Shown here one piece after another: positions 41,451 to 55,551 of a DNA stretch of 64,000 nucleotides. Every line of letters begins with the position of its first letter. Within the stretch, counting starts at the first letter, position 1. This DNA is from the human T2T-CHM13v2.0 reference genome, Homo sapiens, in the NCBI RefSeq assembly GCF_009914755.1, contig NC_060928.1; one strand, written 5' to 3'. The notes beneath the pieces were generated by a model, which had not been told where the DNA came from, did no database searches, and was given only the letters and a program-made list of their open reading frames with translations. The translations under genes were made by a program, and so were the position numbers.

Positions 41451-41750
41451 AGCCAGGCATGGTGGCTCACACCTATAATCTCAGCACTTTCAGAGGACGA
41501 GGTAATAGGATTGCTTGAACCCAGGTGTTCAAGGCCAGCCTGAGGAACATGTCAAGACCTTGTCTCTGAAAAAAAAAAAAAATTAGCTGGGTGTGGTATG
41601 TGCCTGTAGTCCAAGCTACTCAGGAGGCTGAGGCAGGAGGATCCTTTGAGCCCAGGAGATCAAGGTTACAGTGAGATATGATCATGCCACTATACTCTAG
41701 CCTGGGTGACAGAGTGAGACCCTGTCTCAAAAAAAGAAAAAAGAAATAAA
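41451..41750 (+). mobile_element. AluJ
   Basis: J diagnostics. Confidence 0.9.
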
Positions 41751-42354
41751 ATGAAGGCTCTAACGTCTTTATTGTTGATAAACACAGTTGAAGAATATAG
41801 CTTTGTGTGAGAAACCAAAGAGTCACCTAACTGAATCCAGAATTAGAATTATGCAGATGTATCCATCCAGCCACAAGCAAATCTGGCCCTGGGGAGATCA
41901 AGCTCCAATAGAGAATGTACTGCCCCTGGAGAAACAGTGTGGAACTCAAGCCTTCTGTGAGTAGGCTGCTTCCCAAAGAAGAGAAAGGTAGAGGCCGAGA
42001 TGAGCATGCCAAGTTTAGTCTATACAAATTTACATATGGATGTAATTATTTTGTAATATATGTATAATTATACTACATATATTATCATATTAATATTAAC
42101 ATAATTATGTAATTCTAAATAAATATTATGCTGTGGTGAGTCAACCTAGTAAAAAATAAATTCTCAAGAAATTAGTTATTTTAATTTTCAAACCAAATTA
42201 TTAGGATATAAGACAAAGCTTAACCTTTAGACAAATGTCCATGGTAACAATTCTGCTCCCCAAAACCAGTGTGTAGTGTTGTCAAAGCCCATCTCATTGG
42301 TGTCTGAGGAACAAAGGCAGATGGTAGACGGTGAAAATCTGAACTTCAACTTAC

Positions 42355-43723
<1,369 letters not shown>

Positions 43724-43872
43724 CTACAGAAAGTCATCTGGGGTCAGAACCACAATACATTGCAGCCACTGGACAAAGTCAAAAATACCTAGTGACCTAG
43801 TAATACCTAGTAATGCTTAAGGACTCTTAGCTAGGTCTTAGCAAATGAAAGCTAACTGTGGAAAGTAAAAAC

Positions 43873-44045
43873 CTTTCTGGCCTAGTGTAATCTTCACAAA
43901 CCACCCATGTCAACATTTTCTGCTCCAATACTAAGGTTGCTAAAGACCAAAGCTGCTTCAGAAGTTTTGTTCATTCCACATGCAATTTGCTTTCTGAATT
44001 TTTCTTCTCTCCCAGTGTTCTTAGTCATTGTACCAAAGATGAGGT
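43873..44045 (-). pseudogene. GREB1-like exon remnant, extreme N-terminus
   Basis: Acceptor gtgtgtttag|. ATG at 44028-44026 (ACAATGA). MTKNTGREEKFRKQIACGMNKTSEAALVFSNLSI vs recalled GREB1 [33 protein letters not shown]. In-frame TGA at 43894-43896; donor weak. Confidence 0.6.
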
Positions 44046-46951
44046 CTAAACACACACACACACACCGCAAACATACACACATATTTATGTTCTTCTTTCA
44101 CATGTACCTTTTCATGACCCTTTTCATCCTCCAATCTGGCTATCCAGAAGCAAACATTTTTAACTCTTTTAGCTGATTATTTTTGGTTTTCTTTCCAGAG
44201 CCCTAAGTTATATCTTGTATTGTCATTTTTTTGATTATTCAATTTTAGAAATACTTATTCTTTCATCTCTTATTCGACCAATTTCCTAGTACAATCAAAT
44301 GCCTGCTTTAATTACATTAACAAACTATGTAAATGTAATTTACTTGAAAGCCAAATATCTTATGCTTGTGCAGCTTTTTCATTTACCAAAAGTTTTTAAT
44401 TTTTTCTTTTTACCCATTGTATCTCTTTATTCCAATATTATATTTAAACTGTTCATCTTTTCAGGTATTGTATAAAACTTTCTTTCTTTTTTTCTTCTTC
44501 CACTGGTCATCTGGACAAGTTCCTTTTTAGGTTTGCTTCAAGGTGGTTATCCAGAAGTTCTTGTTCGTTAGGCTATGTTTCCTGGAACTCAAGTCTTTGT
44601 TTTTCTTGGTTTACACACTCATTTTGCTAGAGCAAAGAGTATGTGAGAAGTGATATTTCTGAAAACTTGTATGTCTGAAAATGTGTTTAGTTTAGTACAA
44701 ATGTTTAGCAAAAATGTTTAGTACAAACATTTGAATGACAGTTTCGTGTGACATGGAATTTTAGTCAAAATATATTTCACGCTTCTGAAATCTTTGCTCT
44801 ATGACTATGGAGTATCCAATGTTGTTGATGAGAAGACTGGCGCCAGTCTGATCATACCTCTGTAGATGATGTATCTGTCTCTCTCAAAACTATTAGGACC
44901 TTGTCTTTATTCCTTTGGTTCTAAAGTTATAGTCTAGGAGTGGGACTTTTTCATTTATTTATTTGGCACATAGAAATGCTTTTGATCTGGAGACTTATGT
45001 TCTGCAACTCCAGCAAATTCTCTCGAATGATTCTTTGATATTTTACAACCTCTCTTTCCTATGCCCTCTCATTACAAATTGCTATTTACTACATTAATAT
45101 TTATTACTCCCTATCCAATAACGATTTTAAAACTGAGGTATAGGTACTTGCTCTGGATTCACAATCATCTTGAGTTTAATCTAGATAAACTCTCAACAAG
45201 TCCGTAAGAGTCAAATCTTCCAGCCTCCCCTGAGGCTAGAGGAAAGGTCATAGAACAAGCAGCTGAACTTCTCTCAGAACTAACTCATTTAGAGACCCAC
45301 CTTCTTATTTAGTAGGTGTAGCTACCCGAATAATTTAGGTAAAATTTCCAAGGTTTTACCACCAGTTAGTGGCAGAGCCTGGATTAGAATTAAAGGATTC
45401 TCATATCTTAGTCAATGTTCCTTTTCCATTACATAATGTTTTTCTTGTCTGCAATAGCCCAGTGACTTGAAACACAAATTCACAGATCCTAAGAACAAAC
45501 CTAATGGGTGTGGCTTCTAAAAATTATTCCATGGACTTTTATGAAAACAAACAAACAAAAAGTGGAGAAGGGCTGTGGAGATGGTAGAAACTGCAGACAT
45601 CTTCCAGGAAAGGGCATTTTAAGATTCCCTCCTGCCATACAATCACGGCGACAACTTCTACTGCAATTGCTCATAAAGCCATTTGCTAAGATACAGTGGT
45701 TGTTATATATTTTAAATATTTACTTTAAATCTAACATTGCTTCCTTGGGAAATTGTTATTAAAGATTTGTTTAAATTATATAAAACATTAAACACATATA
45801 GAAAATATTTTTACTAGATTACGGTTCTTAGACTAAGTGTTAAGACTGCATTCTAGCTACCATACCCAATAGGTATGCTACTATAGAGAAGTTGGTTAAA
45901 TTCTGAGAGTTTCTTCATCAGTAAAATGTGAAAATAATCACAATGTTATTCTAAACATTGGATGAATTATGCATACATAGTATCAGCCCAGTGGCTGATA
46001 CTTGGAATGTGCTTATGAAAATATGTTAAACCAGTGAATGTTAGTTTACCAAGCAGGGCATATGAACTATATATAAGATTCCTCATGCATATAATTGTTT
46101 GACAAATATGTCCATTAAATGTGAAAAAATCTGGAGAACTTTATGGAATTTGAATAGTATTATCTCAGTTGACTTACTTATAAGCAAGTAAAAAAGAAGC
46201 TGTGAATGATTTATATAAACTGAGAGAATAGTTCAAGGACACGTGTCATTTCTGATGCTGTTATTTTGTATTAGGCTAGAGGGATGTCTTCCCTGAATAA
46301 AAATAATAGTTTTTTTTTTTACAAATCAAATATACAAAAGATTATGAAATGTACATATACTCAAAATATACTGTAATAATTGATCATCGGTAATAATAAA
46401 TGTTTAAATGCATAATATAGATAATGCTGAATATATTCATTTATTCAATTGATTAGTCATTTATTTGTTCATTTTTTCATCGTATATTTATTGAATTCCA
46501 AATCAATATTACTGAGGCTTTGAAGAGAAAGTCACTGCCCACTGGGGCAGTCTTATCTCTATCACCTAATTCATTTGAAACAAATAGAAAACAGTACAGG
46601 AAATTAGAACAGATGTAGGTGAATGTCCTTTGCTATTTTTACCTACAACATGTCTCACTTCAGACTACCCACTTTTCAAGTGCTTAACAGGCATATGTGG
46701 CTAGTAGCTACTATAATAGACAGCACAGATATAAAGTCATAGTACTTACTGCATCCTAAGTATTTTGTATAATGCCTAGAACATATTTATAATTTTGCTC
46801 CAATAAAAATGTATAAAATGAATGAATTAATTAATAATCAATTTAGTCAAAATAGTTGTATCTGTCAGTACTATTTAGCACTAGTTAGCACTTGTTGGTT
46901 GCAAGTGAGAAAAATCTGACTCAAAATTATTTCATTGAAAATGAGTAATTG

Positions 46952-47339
<388 letters not shown>

Positions 47340-48139
47340 CTATCCTGTATCCCCTGCCCATTACAAATTCCTTGCCATCTTTTGGTTTAGCTTTACTTAG
47401 CCAACCATTATTGGCTGGGCTGCTGACCATGCTACATGTCCTACATGAATTATAGTTACCTGGTTACCCCAGTGAGGGAGGCTCCCTATTGTTGCATTCT
47501 TCAATCAACTTGGAGAGTATTATGACTCACCACTGGTTCTTAAACATCTGCCTGTAAATGATACTATAACCAATGCTCACATTTCCTTGGCCAAGCAAGT
47601 CATATGGTCACACCTCACCTCAAAGAGTAGGACCAAGAAAGACAGTGTTGCCATTTGCCCCGAATGCTGCAAAAGTGGAAATGTAGAATGAATAGCCTAA
47701 TGACTTCCACACTTACTATTAGCTTCATTCTCTGGCAAAAATCCCTGAGAGTTAAGTTAGTTAGTTCCTGATTCATATCCTTCCATTTTAGTAATTTCCA
47801 TAGAAATAAGTATTTTTTGCCCAGTGGTTTCAACAAAATTCCCCTGGTTGGATGAAAGAGAATTTGAGATGAACTCTAATAGTTTCCTATTATGGCTGTA
47901 TAAATGACCACAAACTTGCTTAAAATAACACAAATTTATTATCTGGAGGTCATTAGTTTAAAATGGGTATCACTAGGCTAAAATTAAGATGTCAGCAGTG
48001 CTGCATTCTTTCTGGAGGGTCTGGGAGAGTATACTGCATTGAATGATTATCTCCAAAATGATATATTCGTACCCTAAACCTTGGAACCTGTGAATGTGAC
48101 CTTATTTGGATAAAGGGCCTCTGCAGCAACCAACATATG

Positions 48140-49342
48140 AGAGACGTGTCTTTATGGCAGAACAATTTATATTCCTTTGAGTATAAACCCAATAATGGAA
48201 TTGCTGGGTTGATGGATGTAGTAGTTCATTCTCACACTGCTACAGAGAAATACCTGAAACTGGGTAATTTATAGAGAAAAGAGGTTTAATTGGCTTATGG
48301 TTTTACAGGTGGTACAGGAAGCATAATACCTGCTGCTTCTGGGGATGCCTCGGGAAACTTACAATCAAGGCAGAAAGCAATGGGGAAGAGATAGGCCCAT
48401 GTTATATGGCCAGAGCAGGAGGAAAAGGGAGAAGATGGATGTGCCATACACTTTTAAACAATTGGATCTCTTGAGAACTCTATCACAAGAACAGCACTGA
48501 AGGGATGGTGCTAAACCATTCATGAAGGATCCACCCCCATGATTCAGTTACCTCCCAAAAGGTCCCACCTCCAACACTGGGGATTACAGTTGAACATGAG
48601 GTTCAGGTGAGGACACAAAGCTAAACAATATCAAATAGTAATTCTATTTTAAGTTCTTTGAGATAGCTCCAAACTGCTTTTCACAATTGCCACCAGCAGT
48701 GTATAAGTAATCCCTTTTCTCTACAACCTCACTAGCATCTTTTATTTTTTGACTTTCTAATAAAAGCCATGTTGACTGGTGTAAGACGGTATCTCATTGT
48801 GGTTTTGATTTGCATTTCTCTGATGATTAGTGATGTGAAGTGTTTTTTCATGTTTGTTGGTAGCTTGTATGTCTTCTTCTGAGAAGTGTCTCTTCATGTT
48901 TTTGCCCATTTTTAAAAATTGGGCTATTTGTTTTTTGCTTATTCAACTGTTTAAGTTATTTATAGATTCTGGATATTAGTCCTTTGTTGGATGAATAGTT
49001 TGTGAATATTTTCTTCCATTTTGTAGATTGTCTGATTATGATGTTGATAGTTTCTTTTGTTGTGCAGAAGTCCTTTAGTTCAATTAGGTCCCAGTTGTCA
49101 ATTTTTGTTTTTGTTGCAATTGCTTTTGAAGACTTAATCATAAATTCGTTCCCAAGGTTGATGCCCAGAATGGCATTTCCTAAGTTTTCTTCTAGGATTT
49201 TACAATTTGAGGTCTTAACATTTAAATCCTTAATACATCTTAAGTTAATTTTGGTAGGTATCCATCCCCTCAAGCATTTATCATTTATGTTACAAACAAT
49301 CCAATTATACTATTTCAGTTATTTTTAAATGTATAATAAAAT
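48140..49342 (-). mobile_element. L1 (L1PB/MA) ORF2 3' fragment with nested MST LTR
   Basis: ORF 48956-49273 is L1 ORF2-like (IKDLNVK...KILEENLGN...KGLISRIYK). Confidence 0.85.
48217..48633 (-). mobile_element. MSTA LTR
   Basis: tgtagtagttcattctcacactgc...aaacaatatca. Confidence 0.85.
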
Positions 49343-49676
<334 letters not shown>

Positions 49677-51195
49677 TTATCATATTCATTTTAAATGAAA
49701 GTTAATTTGGGCTGCACTACATAATAGGCAATAGAAATATACAGAAAAAAATAAATAACTAGAATGGTAGAATATGGATTTATGGCCAGATATATTTGAA
49801 TTAAAAATCCAGTTTTTGCCATCTGACTGACTATGAACAAATATTGTAATCTCTCTGGCCTTAACTTCACCTCAAAATTGGGGTGAATGTTTGCTTTATA
49901 AGCATATTGTGATATGATTTACATAATGTACTTTACACATTGCCTGAAGCCCATTAGGGTCTAATATTTGGTGATGTTTATATTTTTGCTATTTTCGCTT
50001 ATGGCTAGATCATATATATAAATGTAGGAGAAAGGGTAAAATTAAAGATAATTATCTTTATGTTTAGCTTTGACAACCAACAGTATGATCTCACTAATAA
50101 TGCGTGGAAATATAGTTTTAATAATTGGCTTAATGGGAAAGAGATGATAAGTTTGGTTTGGGCCATACTGAATTTAATCTACAAGTAAGAGAGTCATGTG
50201 AAAATAATACTCCTGACAAATAAAATTCTGTTTTTAGAATTTTGAGAGCCAAGTAAGAGTCATGAAACCAAGCCATTGATTCAGGAAGGAAAATGATCTA
50301 GACACTTGTAGTAAAAGTTGCAGCAAAGTCTGGACTAAAAGGTCAGTAAGTCAGAGTATTTTGTCTTCTTATGAATTTCAGTATCCAGCTATTATCCTGC
50401 TAGAGCAGGAAATGACCCCATCCTGAGGCTTCCTGAAGAAGGGCACCAATGAATTTGCTTAACTTTGATAATGACATAGGATAAAAAGGAAGAAAGTAAG
50501 GCAGGATGGAAGGGAAGGGGGCGAAGTCTGAAAATTCAGGAGAATGCATCGAAATAATAACCCAAAGATCAAGTAATTATGTCTCATAACCCAGTGCCTG
50601 CTAAATAATGAGAAACGTGTATTTGGGATAATATATCGAAATTTTAATCTTATAAAACAATATCAAAATAAAGAGCATTTAGACAGTAACTATCTGGAGA
50701 AGTATTGAAGGACACAATTATAGTGTTCTTAATGTTAGAATTAGCTGGGTTGCTTAATTTTTTTTATTGAAAATGATGTAACAAAAACTCCCAGAGATAT
50801 ACATTTGCTGAAGAGCTTTCTGTGACTACAAATTGCCTCCTCCTAATTCTTATGGAAAGTACATTAAAATAATAGAGTCAAGGTATAATTAAGAAATAGC
50901 AGAATCTAGGCCAATACATAAGACCCCAGAGCTCAATATTAAATAAAATCTCTATTGTTTTTCAGAGTGTGGGGGACCGTAGAGATGATAACAGGCAAGA
51001 AAATACTTGGTTTTTCTCATTTTCACTTGATAATTATTAAGAGTCATCAAACAAGAGTGAAGAAATGACTTCATCAGATGTAACAAACCAGTGGGCTATT
51101 CTGAAGACAGGCCAAAGAAGCAGAACGAAAGAGAGTCAAAGGAATTTATTCTCAATACATCTCTCATAATCCATTAAAAAATAAGCAAAGAAACT

Positions 51196-51679
51196 TACCG
51201 AGGCCAGCTTGGTTGTGGAGACCCTAACCCAGTGGTGCTAGAGGAATTAAAGACACACATACAGAAATATGGAGTGTGGAATGGGAAATCAGGGGGCTGA
51301 CAGCCTTCTGAGCTGAGAGCCACAAACAGATTTGCCCACGTATTTACTGACAGCAAGACAGTGATAAGCATTGTTTCTATAGATTATAAACTAACTAAAA
51401 CCATTCCTTACGGGAAACAAAGGGATGGGCCGAAACAAAGAGATGGGCTCTGGCTAGTTATTTGCAGCAGGAATATGTCCTTAAGGCACAGATGGCTCAT
51501 GCTATTGTTTGTGGCTTAGGAACACCTTAAACAGTTTTCAGCCCTGGCTGGGCCAGGTGTTTCTTGCCCTCATTCTGGTAAACCCACAACCTTCTGTGTG
51601 GACATCATGGCCATGAGGAACATGTCACAGTGCTGCAGAGATTTTGTTTATGGCCAGATTTGGAGGTCTGTTCCCAAAA
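51196..51679 (-). repeat. 3' LTR (MER9-type)
   Basis: Preceded by polypurine tract AAAAAGGGGGAACA (51680-51693). Confidence 0.9.
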
Positions 51680-51689
51680 TGTTCCCCCT

Positions 51690-52720
51690 TTTTGTTTTTG
51701 CAAGATGATAAAAGCAAAGGTGGATTTATCACAGTGAGCTACTTCTTGCAGGAGTCGGGATTCGCATCTGCAGACTATACAAAGACAACACAGATTAAAA
51801 GCACAATCATCATTGAAATCACAGAGCCTCCAAGTGTTGTTATCCATATTAATGGGTTACTAGCTCCTAACCTGTCTGCAGCTCCTTCAAGGACTCCAGT
51901 TCCTGGCATTAAGGTCAGGTGTGCCTGGGATGCTTTAAATATTTGTTCTTTTAATTTTGTAATATCCAAAGACAAGTTTGCAGAGGGTCCTTCTAGATGC
52001 TTTTTTATTCTTTTCCAAATTTTGATCTTATTATGAGCCATTAATAGTTTCCACAAATCCTTAAGTTTAGCTCCTACAGCAGGCCACGTCATTTGAGGTT
52101 GAGGTGCCACTATGTCGCCATGTTTCCAGGTAATAGGAACTCTTGTCAGATTTCTTACCATTTCTACCATCTGACCATTTTCTTCCAACCAGCTGAACAT
52201 AGTGTGGCTGTGGCACGCAGACTGAGAGGTGCAATTCAAGCCAAACATCCCCTTAGGGGACCAATCAATAATGATTCCATAGGAATCGTTGCACAGCACC
52301 TCTGCCTGTTCTGCAATGCAATCTTCCCAAACAAGTACATTCATTTTTTCTGGCCAGGTCCACTTCTGTTTATGAATAAGTTTTTGAAGGCAGTATGCCT
52401 CAATTATAGGAGCAGATTTATTATGGTAAATACTGAGATCAGAAAGGATGTGTAAATGTGTCATAGAATGTTTACATCCAGGCATTATTGCCAGCCAAGA
52501 TTGATAAATATGCCCAATAAATAGAATTGTTCTCTGTGTCAGCCTTTGCTGAAGGAATACTCGTGGCAATGGTGATCACCACTATCACAGCTATCATTAA
52601 ATTACTCATTGTTACTGGTTGTCCCACTTTCCTCAGGTTTTCTTCCACCATCTGTGACAGCTTCTTGATTTGTCCCCAGGTGGGTGGCTGTGTTCGACGG
52701 GTGTTGCTCGTGACAGTTGG
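51690..52720 (-). pseudogene. env: ERV env remnant (signal peptide, part of SU, distal TM)
   Basis: PPTWGQIKKL signal-peptide motif; IIIDWSPKG; LSLDITKLKEQIF; membrane anchor; frameshifts. Confidence 0.85.
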
Positions 52721-52757
52721 AGTCCTCCTCAGTGTCAGTCTCAACATGGCTGCAACC

Positions 52758-53030
52758 TTAGGGTCCTCGGGATCCTCCAGGAATCTCTTCCTTGGCATCT
52801 GGTTCATGATAAGGTTTCAGGTGTCTTGATGGTATCCAAATCAGCTGCTGGTTTTGGCCTGGAGAAACACAAGCATAACCTCTTCCCCAAGTTATTATGT
52901 TACCTATTTCCCAACTTTTTGTTATCGGATCTCTCCACCAAACCAGTTGTTCTGCCTGTGTCTTTGCAGCTGGTTTCTGTAGATGCTGTTCTGCTGCTGA
53001 TAGAATCTGGCCTTTAGGTAGGCTTAACAA
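52758..53030 (-). pseudogene. pol: ERV pol remnant: integrase C-terminal tail only
   Basis: SAAEQH, VWWRDP, IITWGRGYACV, WIPSRHLK; RT, RNase H and IN core absent. Confidence 0.85.
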
Positions 53031-53039
53031 TCACCATCA

Positions 53040-53768
53040 TCAAAAATGATATCCTAAACCTTGGTGGGAACTTTGTCTTCCCACTTGAAGTGGTTCCTTC
53101 AAACCTTGAAAATTTTTTCCTAGTCCCGTACCAGGGACATACCCCATTTCAGGCATCATATGTTGACTTTGAGGGCTATATAATTGCTCTGGAATTAGAA
53201 TTTGTGCTCCCCATTGTTGTGATAAATCTCTCCCCCATAAATTTAAAGGTACAGAAGTTACAGTTGGTTGAATAGTCCTAGGTTGTCCATCGGGCCCTTC
53301 ACAATGCAAAATATAACTGCTTTGATATACTTCAGGGGCTTTACTAACTCCAACTACGTTAAATTGAGTGGGTTGAATTGGCCACAGAGATGGCCAGTGC
53401 TGTAGATAAATGATTGAAATGTCCACTCCTGTATTGACCAAACCTTTAAATTTCTTTCCCTGAATAGTTATTTAACAGGTAGGACATTTATCAGTAATTT
53501 GATTCACCCAATAAGCTGCTTTGCCTTGTTTATTTGTGCTTCCAAATCTTCCTGTTCATTTAATTTCACTTTTCCCCATTTCCACATATGGCACAATCAG
53601 GAGCTGTGCTATACGCTCTCCTGGCTCTGCTTTCCAGGGAACAGAAGTAGATATAACAATTTGAATTTTCCTATTGTAATCTGAATCAATGACTCCTGTT
53701 TGTACTTGCACTCCTTTTAAATTTAAACTAGACCTACCTAGAAGTAATCCTATCATCCCCTCTGGCAA
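53040..53768 (-). pseudogene. pro: ERV dUTPase-protease-G-patch remnant
   Basis: GRSSLNLKG, GVIDSDY, RIAQL; catalytic DTG reads NTG; LWGRDL; G-patch MGYVPGTGLGK; internal stops. Confidence 0.9.
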
Positions 53769-54286
53769 CATCTGACGGGAGACAGCAACATTTTTTAACA
53801 GTCCCATTACAAAAGGAGAACCTGGTCCATATTGATTAATAGCTTGTTTAAAATCTTTGAGTACTTTAAAAGGAAAATCTCAAATGTAGCTATAATATTT
53901 CCCTGTTGATCAGGTGGGTGTATTCTAACAGGGAACTGCCAAGCCTTTAAATCACCCTCTTTTCTAGCTTGCTGGATTCCTGCCTGAATAGAACTGAAAG
54001 TGGTCACTCGAGACACTGCTCGAACAGTCACGGGGCCAGCTACTTTTTGCCCAGTGTCCTTCAGAAAAGAAAGATCTGGAAGGTCAGGCCACTCTTTTTC
54101 TTCAAAATAAGGAGGGGGTGCAGAAGGGTAGGGATGAACCTCTTCCTCCTTTGCCACTTTAGCTTTAGCTGGCAAACAAACCTGCTGTGTTACCTCTTCT
54201 GTTAGTTTGTTATACTTCCCTTCCTCCTCCTCATCAGTATGAAAAGCTTCCAAAGTGGATCGAACCAGAGCCCACACTTGTCCCAT
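53769..54286 (-). pseudogene. gag: ERV gag remnant (MA, late domain, start of CA)
   Basis: MGQVWALV..., PSAPPPY, AWQFPV. Frameshift near 53878, then QAINQYGPGSPFVMGLL. Confidence 0.9.
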
Positions 54287-54407
54287 TGTTACCCTGATGC
54301 TTCCAAGCTCCCCTTCTTATTCACCACGGGGATTGCTTAAGAGTACTCGGGTGTCCTCCAGCTTCATTTCACATTCTCCAACCATCGCTCTGGTGACCCT
54401 TTGACCT

Positions 54408-54434
54408 GGGTTCGAGCCCCACATATGGGCATGA
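54408..54434 (-). promoter_or_regulatory. Primer-binding site, tRNA-Lys(CUU), degenerate
   Basis: + strand gggttcgagccccacatatgggcatga vs tRNA 3' end GGGTTCGAGCCCCACGTTGGGCGCCA. Confidence 0.8.
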
Positions 54435-54436
54435 CT

Positions 54437-54922
54437 TGCTGAGACCAGCACAGTTGTGGAGGCCCTAATCCAGCAGTGCTAGAGGAATTAAAGACACACC
54501 CACAGAAATATAGAGTGTGGAGTGGGAAATCAGGGGGCTGACAGCCTTCTGAGCTGAGAGCCACGAACAGAGATTTGCCCACATATTTATTGACAGCAAG
54601 CCAGTGATAAGCATTGTTTCTATAGATTATAGAATAGCTAAAAGCATTCCTTATGGGAAACAAAGGGATGGGCCAAAACAAAGGGATGGGTTCTGGCTAG
54701 TTATCTGCAGCAAGAATATATCCTTGAGGTACAGATGGCTCATGCTATTGTTTGTGACTTAGGAACATCTTAAGCAGTTTTCAGCCCTGGGTGGGCCAGG
54801 TGTTTCTTGCCCTCATTCTGGTAATCCCACAACCTTCAGTGTGGGCATCATGGCCATTAGGAACATGTCACAGTGCTGCAGAGAATTTATTTATGGCCAG
54901 ACTTGGGGGCCTGTTCCCAAAA
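54437..54922 (-). repeat. 5' LTR (MER9-type)
   Basis: Direct repeat of 51196-51679; adjacent to PBS. Confidence 0.9.
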
Positions 54923-55353
54923 GAAACTAAATTTTGAATGGAATTACCATTAATATATATTGGGGTTTTATGGGAATAAAATATCATAGGTGAATTAAAA
55001 TTAATAGATAATAAAATTTAATAATAAAAATTAAATTTATGTAAAATATGAAGGAATAAACATTCCTTTTTCTAATATACTTCTTCATAAAAGGATAAAA
55101 GTAGACTGATTATTATGTTATCAAATATTTAAAGATAAAATGTTTGTACATTGATAGTCATTGGGTATTCGCTAAAACACTTTTCAAAAGCTTCATAATA
55201 CAAACGTTAGAATGGTAAACTGTGTCTTTCTGGACATAGATTACTAAAGTTATATAGACATATATAGGCCTAGCGATGACAATTTTTATAACCTTAGTAC
55301 AGTTGGATCTTGAATACCATGGTGGTTAGGGGCATTGACTTCCTGTGTACCTG

Positions 55354-55356
55354 AAA

Positions 55357-55390
<34 letters not shown>

Positions 55391-55451
55391 CACACATACA
55401 TATATATATATAAATATACATACATATATATATACATACATATATATATAA

Positions 55452-55486
<35 letters not shown>

Positions 55487-55551
55487 AATATACATACATA
55501 TATATATATACATACATATATATATATACACACATACATATATATATATAT
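55354..55551. repeat. A20 followed by a compound (TA)n/(TACA)n array with ~28-nt higher-order period
   Basis: Visible tract; generates the spurious YI/CM-rich ORFs. Confidence 0.95.

Larger units (their letters stand above)
51196..54922 (-). mobile_element. HERV-K(HML-3)/HERVK9 provirus, 3727 bp, internally deleted
   Basis: Two ~485-bp MER9-type LTRs; 6-bp TSD GAAACT (51190-51195, 54923-54928); Lys PBS; PPT; gag/dUTPase-pro/IN/env remnants. Confidence 0.9.
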
